A stretch of 64,000 nucleotides of DNA from Histomonas meleagridis 2922-C6/04-290x (Eukaryota; Protista; Parabasalia), in NCBI GenBank assembly GCA_020184695.1, contig JAANOX010000071.1:118313-182312 (forward strand), read 5' to 3'. The number at the start of each line of letters is the position of its first letter. The stretch's first letter is position 1. The position numbers were made by a program, and so were the translations under genes. The notes under the pieces are model-generated. The model did not search any database and was not told where the DNA came from. It worked only from the letters and a program-made list of their open reading frames with translations. Shown here in pieces: positions 43,789 to 53,814 of the stretch.

Positions 43789-45021
43789 TTAACTCGATCT
43801 ACCTGAAAAATCTTTTGATTTTGATCGAAACATAAAATATATGACCCCAGCGATTACAACAGCTAGAATAGCTGTCAATATGCTAACAACAATTATTATG
43901 GTTTTTTTGTTACTTTTCTTTTCCTCACCATTCATTAGGGAAGGATAGTCATCTGGGTCATATAATTCTATTTCTTCTGGGTCATCTGGGTCATCTGGTT
44001 CATCTGGTATTTCTCCCGAATAAAATTCAAATATATCATCTTGCTTTACCATACCCAAAATATTTTCTGGAACACTACTCACGTCAAAAAATTTTTCTGA
44101 TCTTTTGGTTGTTGCTATGTTCACTCTAAGTTGGGAATCATCCCATTTCGAATCATCAGGTTTAATTTGAAGAGATGGAAGTGGAATTTCTGCTAGGTAA
44201 TTTGGCATAACTACTTTCATATCTGAAGGCTTCAAAAATCCCCAAAAAAAACTATCATAAAAATCCTGTATAAATATATCAATTGATGAATCGACTTTAC
44301 AATTCTTTTTTAAAATCATTGGAATACTTATTGTTTCATATTTATATGGATTTACAACTATACCAATCTTATCTTTATATTTGATCATACAATGATCAGA
44401 CCCAAGACCAAACTTTACTTGTATATACTCTGCATGAATACTTATTTCATTTATTTGATCAAAATATATTTGCTTTTGAAGTGCTACAATATTTCTAAAT
44501 GTTGTTTGAGAAGTAATAACTCGATTAGCTTTCGCACTTCCTTCTTTGATCTCATGAATAAAAAGAGTATCTGCTGCAAAATTTTCAATAAAATGAACAA
44601 AACCTCTAAGGACAACAACTGGAATTGTATTTGATACATCTATTCCTTTTATATATAAATCAGTAAGTGTAGGGCTGGTAATACATATTTTTTTGCATGT
44701 AACTTTAGATAAATCGAATGGAAAATGGGTATTGGGTGAAGAAACCAATATAAGTGCTGTTTCAGCACCAGAAAGATGTTTATCCATATATTTTATTTCA
44801 CTTAATTTATAATAAGAAACAATATTATCAAATCCTTCAATTGCTGAATCGGTTTTTATGCATTTTCGTTCATTTTCTTTATCATTACATTTGGCAGCAT
44901 ATATCAACTTTATTTTTTCTAGATTTGGAAATTGAATATTGTGTTTTGGGTCTTTGTAAACTATTATCCTATGTTTTGATTCTTCGTTGCAAATGATTCC
45001 TGGTATTAAAAGAAGAAACAT
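43789..45021 (-). CDS. Type I single-pass membrane protein with acidic PDD stalk
   Basis: N-terminal hydrophobic signal, PDEPDDPDDPEE repeat, TM helix IIIVVSILTAILAVVIAGVIYFMF. Confidence 0.8.
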   Translation of the reverse strand: MFLLLIPGIICNEESKHRIIVYKDPKHNIQFPNLEKIKLIYAAKCNDKENERKCIKTDSAIEGFDNIVSYYKLSEIKYMDKHLSGAETALILVSSPNTHFPFDLSKVTCKKICITSPTLTDLYIKGIDVSNTIPVVVLRGFVHFIENFAADTLFIHEIKEGSAKANRVITSQTTFRNIVALQKQIYFDQINEISIHAEYIQVKFGLGSDHCMIKYKDKIGIVVNPYKYETISIPMILKKNCKVDSSIDIFIQDFYDSFFWGFLKPSDMKVVMPNYLAEIPLPSLQIKPDDSKWDDSQLRVNIATTKRSEKFFDVSSVPENILGMVKQDDIFEFYSGEIPDEPDDPDDPEEIELYDPDDYPSLMNGEEKKSNKKTIIIVVSILTAILAVVIAGVIYFMFRSKSKDFSGRSS

Positions 45022-45731
45022 AAAAAATGATCTAATTACATATTATAAAATATATAATTTCGCTTTTTGAATAATTTTTTCGAAAAGATTAAAACTAAGT
45101 TGAATTCAAAAAACCATTTAACCTGGGTGTATTTTAGAAATTTTTATATCATTTGATAGTTTTTTATATTATTTTTTTTACATAAAGTAGTATTTTTATT
45201 CAAATAGCTTTTAAAGAATAATAAAAGTATTATAATTAATTAGGTGAAAAAATCAAGGTTTTCGCAAATCAAAATGTTTCATACTCCTTTGTAAAGAGGC
45301 CAGGGGAGGTCAAAACTAGCAAATTATCATGAGCTTGGTTGCAAAATCAACACACAGGCACTAATGCCAAATGAAACTTTTTTATAGCCATCGTTCATTC
45401 TAATCACCAAACCATCTATAGTATAGAAAATATCTGATCATTCGGGTGCAAGAATCAATTTGTCATAAAAACTGTAAATTCATAAAAAATAATATATTTT
45501 ATTTCTGATTGTAATAGAGAGATAAGATATGAAAATCATATTCACTTTATCATACCGCATAAATATATAGGTTAATAAATTGATTTTCCTTAGCGATCAT
45601 AATGATATTTTTGGTGCACATAGTTGGAAAAAAAATTAATTTCTCTCTACAACATCTTTAGAGTGAACTAAAATTTTACATTCAACATGAATACGAAAAC
45701 GCTTACAAGAATTATAAAAAATATTTATTCA

Positions 45732-46892
45732 TTATCTCCAACTTTGAAAACATTTTACATTATCAACATCAACATCAGTTATATCAAACCTCAAATCTTC
45801 TTTTACAATTACTTGTTTTACAATTGGAATTGCGTAGTATAAATATTTACACGCCAATCTGTTATATAAAAATGTTAATATCATTTGGAATGTTTTGGAA
45901 ATATAAAAAGGATATTTTTTGATTATCAAAGTATTCGGAAAGAATCGATCCATCTCTACATCATTAATGAAATTCCAATTAATATCATATTGACGTAAAG
46001 GAATTTGTTTTAATGATTCATTATTTAAAACATTAATGAATTCTTTTTGTGTATTTGACCAATTTATTGAAATCGATAAATCCGAAATAAATATATCTTC
46101 ATCAACATCCCTAAATGTTGTTTTATCATTGACAGATGTAATTTGAATGTTTGGCGATTCATAAGAACAATTATAATAAATAGAAGTTGATGCAAAATGT
46201 CCATATGCAGAAAAACGAAATTTTGGTTTGTCGATTGTCATTTGCATAACTTCATTAACATATTCATCATATGTCAGAGAAGAACGAAAAATTCTTGTGC
46301 ATCCATTAAACTTACCCATAACACAATAAGTGTTATATATTGGCATTAAAAGAAATAATGGAATAGAACAGAACCAAAAAACTTCATTTCCAGATCCATA
46401 AAATGCTGAAATGCATGAAAATAAAAATATAGGAACAGAATAATGATAAAGAATATCAAACGTAGAAACTTTGGGGTAATTAGAATTGGGATATTGACAT
46501 TGTGTTGATTTGTAAATGGAATATGTGATGATATGTGATAAAATGGTAAACAAAGTAACAAAAATTTGAATTGCACTGAAAAATTTGTGTGACCTCCACC
46601 ATTTGATATAACTTGAATTATAAAATCTTAAAAATAGTGCAAAAATGTTTTTTCCAAAAAAAAGCATTTTGGAACAATTTACATCATTGCGTTTTGGGTT
46701 GCCTTTAATTTCTTTACTTGAGCTGTCCGTTGTTGTTATTGCCTTTTTTTGGGCTAAAGGTTCTCTCTTCATAAATGGCAGTTTGCAACAACGGTTTATG
46801 AACTTTGGCAAAAATTTTGAATTCAAAATCAGAATTGAGTGAACTTTGTCAATAGTTTGAAAATTTTGAAAATTCAATAAGGTGCACCCCAT
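45732..46892 (-). CDS. Multi-pass membrane protein, TMEM151-like (tentative); true start probably downstream of the annotated one
   Basis: Two or three hydrophobic helices followed by KPKFRFSAYGHF and a C-terminal soluble region. Confidence 0.55.
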   Translation of the reverse strand: MGCTLLNFQNFQTIDKVHSILILNSKFLPKFINRCCKLPFMKREPLAQKKAITTTDSSSKEIKGNPKRNDVNCSKMLFFGKNIFALFLRFYNSSYIKWWRSHKFFSAIQIFVTLFTILSHIITYSIYKSTQCQYPNSNYPKVSTFDILYHYSVPIFLFSCISAFYGSGNEVFWFCSIPLFLLMPIYNTYCVMGKFNGCTRIFRSSLTYDEYVNEVMQMTIDKPKFRFSAYGHFASTSIYYNCSYESPNIQITSVNDKTTFRDVDEDIFISDLSISINWSNTQKEFINVLNNESLKQIPLRQYDINWNFINDVEMDRFFPNTLIIKKYPFYISKTFQMILTFLYNRLACKYLYYAIPIVKQVIVKEDLRFDITDVDVDNVKCFQSWR

Positions 46893-46906
46893 AAAAATCG
46901 GTTTTT

Positions 46907-46925
46907 TGCGGTTTGGTCGACCTTA
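46907..46925 (+). promoter_or_regulatory. M3 + M5-like core promoter of RPLP2
   Basis: TGCGGTTTGGTCGACCTTA 7 nt before the ATG. Confidence 0.65.
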
Positions 46926-46932
46926 GTATTTC

Positions 46933-47244
46933 ATGAAGTACATTGCAGCATATCTTCTTGCACAAGCTGGCGGCGATGCAACACCATCCAAAGAAAAGAT
47001 CACAGCAATCCTTGAAAGCGTTGGTATTCAAGTTGATGCTAAAGCAATTGATGCCCTTCTTGAAAAATTAAATGGAAAGAACATTGAAGAACTCATCAAA
47101 GAAGGTTCTTCTAAACTCGCCGTTGTTGGCGGTGGTGCAGCTGCTCCAGCCGCTGCTGCAACAACAGAAGTCAAGGAAGAAGAAAAGAAGGAAGAAGAAG
47201 AAGTTGTTGAATTAGCAGGTGGTTTTGATGATCTCTTCGATTAA
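46933..47244 (+). CDS. RPLP2: 60S acidic ribosomal protein P2
   Basis: MKYIAAYLLA...ILESVGI...GKNIEELIKEG, Ala-rich hinge, acidic tail GGFDDLFD. Confidence 0.96.
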   Translation: MKYIAAYLLAQAGGDATPSKEKITAILESVGIQVDAKAIDALLEKLNGKNIEELIKEGSSKLAVVGGGAAAPAAAATTEVKEEEKKEEEEVVELAGGFDDLFD

Positions 47245-47277
47245 ATTAAAATGGATTATTCAAAACAAATCTTTTTA

Positions 47278-47787
47278 TTATATTAATTTATATTTTATGT
47301 TCCAATTGGGATTGATTTTTGGCACTTCTGATAAAAAAGGAAGCTTCATTTGATCAATGAGTTCTTTTTTTGATGGATTTTCTTTAAGAATGGGAATAAT
47401 ATTTCTGGTTGTAGGTTCTGATAATTTGATGACTTTTATTATGATTTCAAGATTTTCATTTCCTTTTGAAGCATAATGCAGTGCCTTTATAAAGCTCGGT
47501 GATCTAAACCTTACCCAGCGTGAAAAGAAATCTTTTGAAGAAAAGTCATCGAAATCTCCATACAAATCTTTGTGAAATTCAAGGACTTGACGAGGAATTG
47601 GGGATCCTTTTGGTTGGTAGTGATATAAGCAAAATGCTGAATAGAGTCTGTATTGAGCTCTTTGAACACAATCTACAATATTATTTGTCAAAATCTCAAT
47701 TTGTTTATAAGAATCATCAAACGAAAGATTTTTAAATTGGTGGTGGAGAGAAATAATTGCTTTGAGATTTTCTTTTCTTACATTCAT
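47278..47787 (-). CDS. Hypothetical protein
   Basis: 169-aa ATG-initiated ORF convergent with RPLP2; no family recognised. Confidence 0.65.
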   Translation of the reverse strand: MNVRKENLKAIISLHHQFKNLSFDDSYKQIEILTNNIVDCVQRAQYRLYSAFCLYHYQPKGSPIPRQVLEFHKDLYGDFDDFSSKDFFSRWVRFRSPSFIKALHYASKGNENLEIIIKVIKLSEPTTRNIIPILKENPSKKELIDQMKLPFLSEVPKINPNWNIKYKLI

Positions 47788-48023
47788 ATCCTATTTGAAG
47801 GAGTACGTTAAAATTCATTTATTATTTTCTTCTCCAAAAAATATCAATATAATATTATTTAATATCACAACATCATTTTTAAGTAAGTACTAAATGGATT
47901 TTCTTATACGCCTTTAATTCATTTATAATGAACTAATCTAAAAGATTATTATTCAAAAAAAAAAAAAAAAAATTAGTGAAATAGAAAAAAGAAAAAAAAG
48001 AATGATGTCTTTAATGCGGGTTT

Positions 48024-48551
48024 TTAGAATCCGCAAACTGTTGGACGTTTGCTGGCAAGAATCTTCTTTTGTGAAGCATGGGCAGGGCGAATTTCTCTCT
48101 TGAGGATTGGGAATTTAACATTCTTGGCAAGGAACATGCGGAGGTTATGGTGAACAACATCCTCATCTTTTATTTCGCTAACACGGATAATAGAGATGTT
48201 CTTAGCTTGAACATTATGTGTTCCAGCCATTTCTTGGTAAAGGCGAAGAACAGCACCTTCTGTTGTTGTGTCACGAAATTCCTTGTAAATGTTGTTGATT
48301 GAATTTGTTGAACGATATGTTAACCAAATTCCATAGTTCTTAACACGCTCTGGTTCTGGTTCAATAACGTGCTTAACTGCAAGAATTTCACCGTGAGCTT
48401 TCTTAAGACGAGCAATACGGCGTGCAACACCCCAGAATTTAGACTTTGCAATAACTTCATCAGGAGCAAAAACTTGAACGCGGATAGCAGCTGGGTTTGG
48501 AACTGCTTCAGTTGGGAGTGGGCGTGCAATAACTTCGTAATTCTTCAGCAT
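48024..48551 (-). CDS. RPL18A: 60S ribosomal protein L18a (eL20)
   Basis: FAPDEVIAKSKFW, VKNYGIWLTY, NIYKEFRDTT, LYQEMAGTH, KRPT; ATG at 48551. Confidence 0.96.
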   Translation of the reverse strand: MLKNYEVIARPLPTEAVPNPAAIRVQVFAPDEVIAKSKFWGVARRIARLKKAHGEILAVKHVIEPEPERVKNYGIWLTYRSTNSINNIYKEFRDTTTEGAVLRLYQEMAGTHNVQAKNISIIRVSEIKDEDVVHHNLRMFLAKNVKFPILKREIRPAHASQKKILASKRPTVCGF

Positions 48552-48557
48552 CACAGA

Positions 48558-48576
48558 AAAGGATGGCCAAACTGCT
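48558..48576 (-). promoter_or_regulatory. M3-like + M5 core promoter of RPL18a
   Basis: Sense AGCAGTTTGGCCATCCTTT 6 nt before the ATG. Confidence 0.65.
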
Positions 48577-48927
48577 TTTTCGATTGAAAATTATTGAATA
48601 ATTTACATATCCATGCAATAAATATCAACAAAGTTTCATGCTTGTTTCAAGATATTTCTCATAATTCTTTAAAAACCTCATTTAAATATAAATTTGACAT
48701 TGATTAGTTGGTAAAAGATTGTTAAATAATTTAAAATATAGATATTTCATTAAATTTAATAAAATCTGCTTATAAAATTTCTTGATTGCTCGAAGTAGAC
48801 ATAAAAGGCTTCTTAATAATAATACTTTAATTAGTAAAAAATCGTGTTTCTTTCTTCATAAAAAACTAATTTTGATTCTTTTTTGATTCAGAAGTTATTT
48901 AGCCGAATTCTCTTTTATTTAAATCGG

Positions 48928-51330
48928 ATGGGACCTGGAATTTCTAGTAATTATGATAACATTAATTATGTTTTTACAGCAGGTTGTTGGAAGGTTCATT
49001 CAGCAGTTCATAAAAGAAATAATGAACGTGTTTGTCTTTGGCAAATTGATAAAGATGAACTAGAAAAATTGATTTATGATCCCTCAGACCAAGCAGAATA
49101 TTTGCAAAACACTCTTAATAGTATCCAGAAAGCAAGGAAACTCAGGCATCCCCAAATTCTTAAAATCCTAGAAGTTCAAGAACAAACAACAAATCTCGCT
49201 TTTTCATCAGAACCTGTTTCATCTTATCTAAGGGCATTTATTGGTGAATTAGAAATATATGATTCTACTTACATCGGTTATCAAATATTAAAAGGGTTAT
49301 CATTTTTACATAATGATGCCAAAATGATTCACTTGGGTCTTAAGCCTTCTATCGTATTTCTTAATGAAAGTTTAGAAGTCAAATTATTAGGATTTGATTG
49401 GTCTGTTTCATACATTCCTGATTCTGGTCCAACAAATCTTCCATTTCCAACTCTTCGTATTAGCCCCTCCCATCCTGACATTAAATACGTAGCTCCTGAG
49501 ATAGTTAAATCACATGAATGTTATCCACAATCTGATATATTTTCATTTGGTTGTCTTTTTTACGAAATTCTTAGCTCCAAACTTCCACGCCCAGTTCGAA
49601 ATCTCAATGATGTATGTGTTCCCATCACATTAAATCCATTACCGCGCGATATCAATGGTGAATTTTATCGGTTAATTTCCCAATGTCTTCAACAAAATCC
49701 AGCCTCCCGACCCACAGCTTCCACTCTTCTCTCTCAAGAAGCCTTCCAATCCACCCAATTGAAAGTTTTACGATATCTTGATATGATAATTACCAAAGAT
49801 GCTAAAGACAAATTTGGCTTTTTCAAGGGCCTTTCCAAGATTATACATGATTTTTCACCCATGATAATCAAAGTAAAAATTTTACCAATTTTAATATCAG
49901 AATGCAAGTCTGACATTCGATTTGCGCCAGTTCTTTTGGGAACAATATTTTCGGTATCCGAGAAGTTCACTGTTTCCGAGTTCACCAACGAAATCTTTAA
50001 AAAACTTTCATTCCTTACAACAGTTGAAGATCCACCACAAGTCACAATAGCGTTAGTGCAGTCATTGCCATTATTATTAGAGAAGACAGAGCCATCGCTA
50101 CATAAAGATTGTATCTATCCGATACTATTTCGGTCATTACAATCGAATAATTTAACATTACGTAATGAATGCATGAAGAAACTTCCGGGAATCATAAAGA
50201 AACTTCCGGAGAATATAATAAACACAAAATTATTACCACAAATCGTCGACTTACTTGCGGATATTAAGAATTCACAGGATATAAATCCATTGCTTTCATC
50301 AATTGCGATGTGTTTGCCTCAAATTGATTGCGACGTGTTTCTACTTGAACAATTTCCAAAAGTTTTCTACGCATGGAAAAAGAATCAAACAAAAGAATCA
50401 ACTGAAATGATGATGGAAATCATCGAAAACTTAAAGGGTAACGAAAGGAATATTATGGCAAGAGCTATGCAAGTCGCGGCAAGCATCGTGTCAGCAAATG
50501 TCGCGGAGCCTTACGTGAAGAAGAGAATGTGCAATTGGATGATTAACACGATCGAAAGGTTTAAGGCAGTGAACGCATTGGATAGAGCGTACAACAAGCC
50601 GGAGATCGCGATGCCGGCTAAAAAGAGGGAGAACCGAATTGAAGACTTAACTAAAAGCAGCAACAACGTGCAGCAGATTGAAAACAGCAACATCTTCCAA
50701 CCACAAAATAGCAATAACATATCATTTAATAGTAATAATATGCCGTTTAATAATAGTAATAATAACATATCATTTAATAGTAATAGTAATGCGTCGTTTA
50801 ATGGTAATAATAATTCATCATTTAATAGTAATAGTAATGCGTCGTTTAATGCGAATTTCCAACCGAAAAATAACATAAATCAAAGAAGTAATGACGCAAT
50901 GTTTAATAGTAATTTCCAGCCACAAAACAATTTTAATGATTTTGGCCAACGAAATAACAGCAATTTAATGTTCGGCAATGTAAATTCGCAACAAAGCGCA
51001 AACAACTTCAATGACTTCGTACCAAACAACAGCAGCAGCAACGCCGCGTTTGGATTCCCACAGCAAAAGAGCGCGAAGAGCCAGGACTTCCAATACAGCA
51101 ATAGCTCTTCGCAGGGCGATCTGTTGTTTGGTAGCTCGAACACGAGTTCGCAGGATTTGATGTTCAATAGCGCACAAAACGGATTCGGATTTAGCGGAAG
51201 CAACGACTTTGCGTTCGACGCACAACATAGGAACGTAAAGCCAACGCCCGGAAGAACTATTAGAGAAACGCCTGCAAATGGAATGCAACTTCCAGCGCCA
51301 AAAAGTAATGATTTACTTGACTTATTTTAA
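48928..51330 (+). CDS. SCY1-like pseudokinase (SCYL2/CVAK104-like) with HEAT repeats and Asn-rich tail
   Basis: LRHPQILKIL, FSSEPV, FLHNDAKMIHLGL, lacks DFG/HRD, HEAT-like middle, C-terminal DLLDLF clathrin-box-like motif. Confidence 0.88.
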   Translation: MGPGISSNYDNINYVFTAGCWKVHSAVHKRNNERVCLWQIDKDELEKLIYDPSDQAEYLQNTLNSIQKARKLRHPQILKILEVQEQTTNLAFSSEPVSSYLRAFIGELEIYDSTYIGYQILKGLSFLHNDAKMIHLGLKPSIVFLNESLEVKLLGFDWSVSYIPDSGPTNLPFPTLRISPSHPDIKYVAPEIVKSHECYPQSDIFSFGCLFYEILSSKLPRPVRNLNDVCVPITLNPLPRDINGEFYRLISQCLQQNPASRPTASTLLSQEAFQSTQLKVLRYLDMIITKDAKDKFGFFKGLSKIIHDFSPMIIKVKILPILISECKSDIRFAPVLLGTIFSVSEKFTVSEFTNEIFKKLSFLTTVEDPPQVTIALVQSLPLLLEKTEPSLHKDCIYPILFRSLQSNNLTLRNECMKKLPGIIKKLPENIINTKLLPQIVDLLADIKNSQDINPLLSSIAMCLPQIDCDVFLLEQFPKVFYAWKKNQTKESTEMMMEIIENLKGNERNIMARAMQVAASIVSANVAEPYVKKRMCNWMINTIERFKAVNALDRAYNKPEIAMPAKKRENRIEDLTKSSNNVQQIENSNIFQPQNSNNISFNSNNMPFNNSNNNISFNSNSNASFNGNNNSSFNSNSNASFNANFQPKNNINQRSNDAMFNSNFQPQNNFNDFGQRNNSNLMFGNVNSQQSANNFNDFVPNNSSSNAAFGFPQQKSAKSQDFQYSNSSSQGDLLFGSSNTSSQDLMFNSAQNGFGFSGSNDFAFDAQHRNVKPTPGRTIRETPANGMQLPAPKSNDLLDLF

Positions 51331-51580
51331 TAAAACTATTTGATAATTAAATGTCTTTTTACTGAATAATATTTTAGTTTTATTAAATTCTAATGTATGA
51401 ATTGCATTTGCAGTATTTCAATTAAAGAAATAAAATCGATTAACATATTTAAATGAGTGTACTCATAAGGGCAAGTTCTGGAAAATCCAAAGGAAGGATA
51501 AATCTGTTTAAACATATTATTTTGAACATTTAAATAACAATCATGGAACAGAATTTTTTTGATTATTTATATGAAGATAT

Positions 51581-52060
51581 TTAATAAGGAATTAATTCCC
51601 TATTATTATGTCTTTTATAAAATATTTCCATCATCATATTGTATTCCTTCTCCTTCCAAAAATAATAAAAGTTCGTAATTACCACTAGTAATACAGATTT
51701 TTTGGAAATAATTAAGCATTGTTTTATCAGCTTGGATTGATTTATCAATAATTTTATTTTCATAAAGATATTTAAATAAATCATTTTGATGAAATTTAAT
51801 TGCAGTTTTATCTACATCTTTTAATGATGAATGATTTTGTTCACATAAATGAAATATTTCTAGATTTCCACCTGCAACTGCATATGCTAAATGATTTTGG
51901 TTTTCTTCTTTTGCTTTATAATGTGCAAAATATTTTGATTAACGAATGAAATATTTTGATCGTTTACTTGTTAAAATATTTGCTTTAGTTAAATTTTGTT
52001 GAATCAATATTATATATATATATATATATATAATATGCTTCTTGTTTTTCCATTTTCTAT
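51581..52060 (-). pseudogene. Collapsed remnant of a DUF3447-type ankyrin gene
   Basis: Minus strand reads AYAVAGGNLEIFHLCEQNHSSLKDVDKTAIKFHQNDLFKYLYENK; the upstream part is broken by (AT)n and deletions. Confidence 0.75.
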
Positions 52061-52645
52061 ATATAATCTGAAAAAATTGTAACGATATTAGGTATATTTT
52101 CATTTATTTCTTCTTTTTTCATTTGAATCAATTGAAAAAATTTCAAGTATATATCAAATTAATTTCATTTTGTAATTGCAAAGTACTATTTTATTAACTC
52201 ATTTTAATTCCATTTCGCTTTTGTTCAATTTGTTGCTGCATATATGTATTTTGCGAGTTCATTGTTTTGATTTTATTTTGTAACTTAAAAATATTATTCT
52301 TCGATTCATTGATTTCAGATATACTTCGATTTGCTGAATTTTTGTATATTGTGGGTTAATTTTATTATGTGATTGCAAAATATTATTTCTTAATTTATTA
52401 TTCAAAAATTTGCTTTATCAGACTAAAATATTCCCAATCATTTTTTTCTATTAATTTGTATTTCAGAAGTATCGCTTTGTAAAAATACAGAAATCAATTT
52501 TTAACGATCATTTTCCGATCAATTTTCACGTGCAAACTAGGAGAAATGTTAAACGGAGTAATCCAAAAAAAAATGTTTGGTTTCATTTAAAATAGCTTTA
52601 AAAAACGATTATATTAAGCGTACATGACGCTTTGTTTTTATTTAT

Positions 52646-53044
52646 TTATATATCATCATCTGTATCAAAATCATATGTTTCAGGCTGTTGATACTCTAAG
52701 TGTTGTGAAGCAAGAACTTTTCGAACAAAGGAAACATGGTCGCTTGTTGCACCGTATCCAGCATTTCTTAAAGCAACAATTTTTTCATGTTTGATTTTAT
52801 TTAAATTGTCTATGTAGTCTTTTTTTGCATTTGCTAGAAGTATATTTAAATGCCTATTTTCAAGTGCGTTGAATATGTCTGATGGTGTTAAAGTATTTGT
52901 GTTCTTTAGTTGTATAGCATCACCAACAATCTGTTCAAAAAAACGATTTAGAATGCAAGCAAGGGCGTCAGAGGTATCTTGACGAAACTCTCCTTTCTTT
53001 TTAATTAAAGTTGTCCATTGGTTCCATAGCTCTGTTTCTTCCAT
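52646..53044 (-). CDS. Histone-fold-like protein (NC2beta/NF-YB-like, tentative)
   Basis: FRQDTSDALACILNRFFEQIVGDA...TLTPSDIFNALE resembles histone-fold helices 2-3. Confidence 0.55.
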   Translation of the reverse strand: MEETELWNQWTTLIKKKGEFRQDTSDALACILNRFFEQIVGDAIQLKNTNTLTPSDIFNALENRHLNILLANAKKDYIDNLNKIKHEKIVALRNAGYGATSDHVSFVRKVLASQHLEYQQPETYDFDTDDDI

Positions 53045-53127
53045 TTTGGACAGCCGTTGATCTATCGTTTTTATAAACTATAGAAAAATTGGTGTGGTGT
53101 TTATACGTTAATAAATACCATTCGAAA

Positions 53128-53667
53128 ATGTTTCAACAAACAGCAAATGCATATTTTATTGGAAGAATCATCGGATCTACAGGTTTCAAGGATGGATCTT
53201 TTTGCAGATGGTGGATTGTTGCCGGACAACAATGGAGATTAGTTCAAGGAATTGATCGAGGACAGACCCAAACAGATAGTCCAAATGATTCATCTGGTAG
53301 GTGCATTTGGAGCCATCCAATTGATACATATTATGAATTCACCGGAATTCAAGGTTGGCCAAAAATATCTTTTGAAGTTTGGGAACATGATTCACTTGGA
53401 CGTTCATTTATTGGTGGCTACGGATTTTGTTCATTGCCAATGTCACCCGGAAATCATGATATAAAAGTTCACTTATGGCGTCCAGTGGGAACTTTTATAG
53501 AAGATTTAACAGCTAATTTCATTGGTGGATCTCCACACTTAAGAAGCCAAGAACTTGTTCATACACCAAATGACAGATTCCGTTTAAAATCAGAAAGTTC
53601 TGGTATTGTTCATCTCAATATCAATGTAATATTAGGAAAAATTGGAAGCTTTGGTGTTGACTTTTAA
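53128..53667 (+). CDS. B9D2: B9 domain ciliary transition-zone protein (B9D2-like)
   Basis: FIGRIIGSTGF, WRLVQGIDRGQTQTD, WSHPID, GWPKI, GYGFCSLPMSPG, WRPVG. Confidence 0.9.
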   Translation: MFQQTANAYFIGRIIGSTGFKDGSFCRWWIVAGQQWRLVQGIDRGQTQTDSPNDSSGRCIWSHPIDTYYEFTGIQGWPKISFEVWEHDSLGRSFIGGYGFCSLPMSPGNHDIKVHLWRPVGTFIEDLTANFIGGSPHLRSQELVHTPNDRFRLKSESSGIVHLNINVILGKIGSFGVDF

Positions 53668-53814
53668 TACTTTTTATTGAATGAATTAAAGCAAATATTG
53701 TAAACAGACAGGATTATCAAATCTTTTTTTATAAAAAAAATTCGACAATTTCTAAAAGGTCGATAAAGAATTCAAAACCGCGAATAAGGACAAAAGAAAA
53801 AGTGAAATAAAAAA

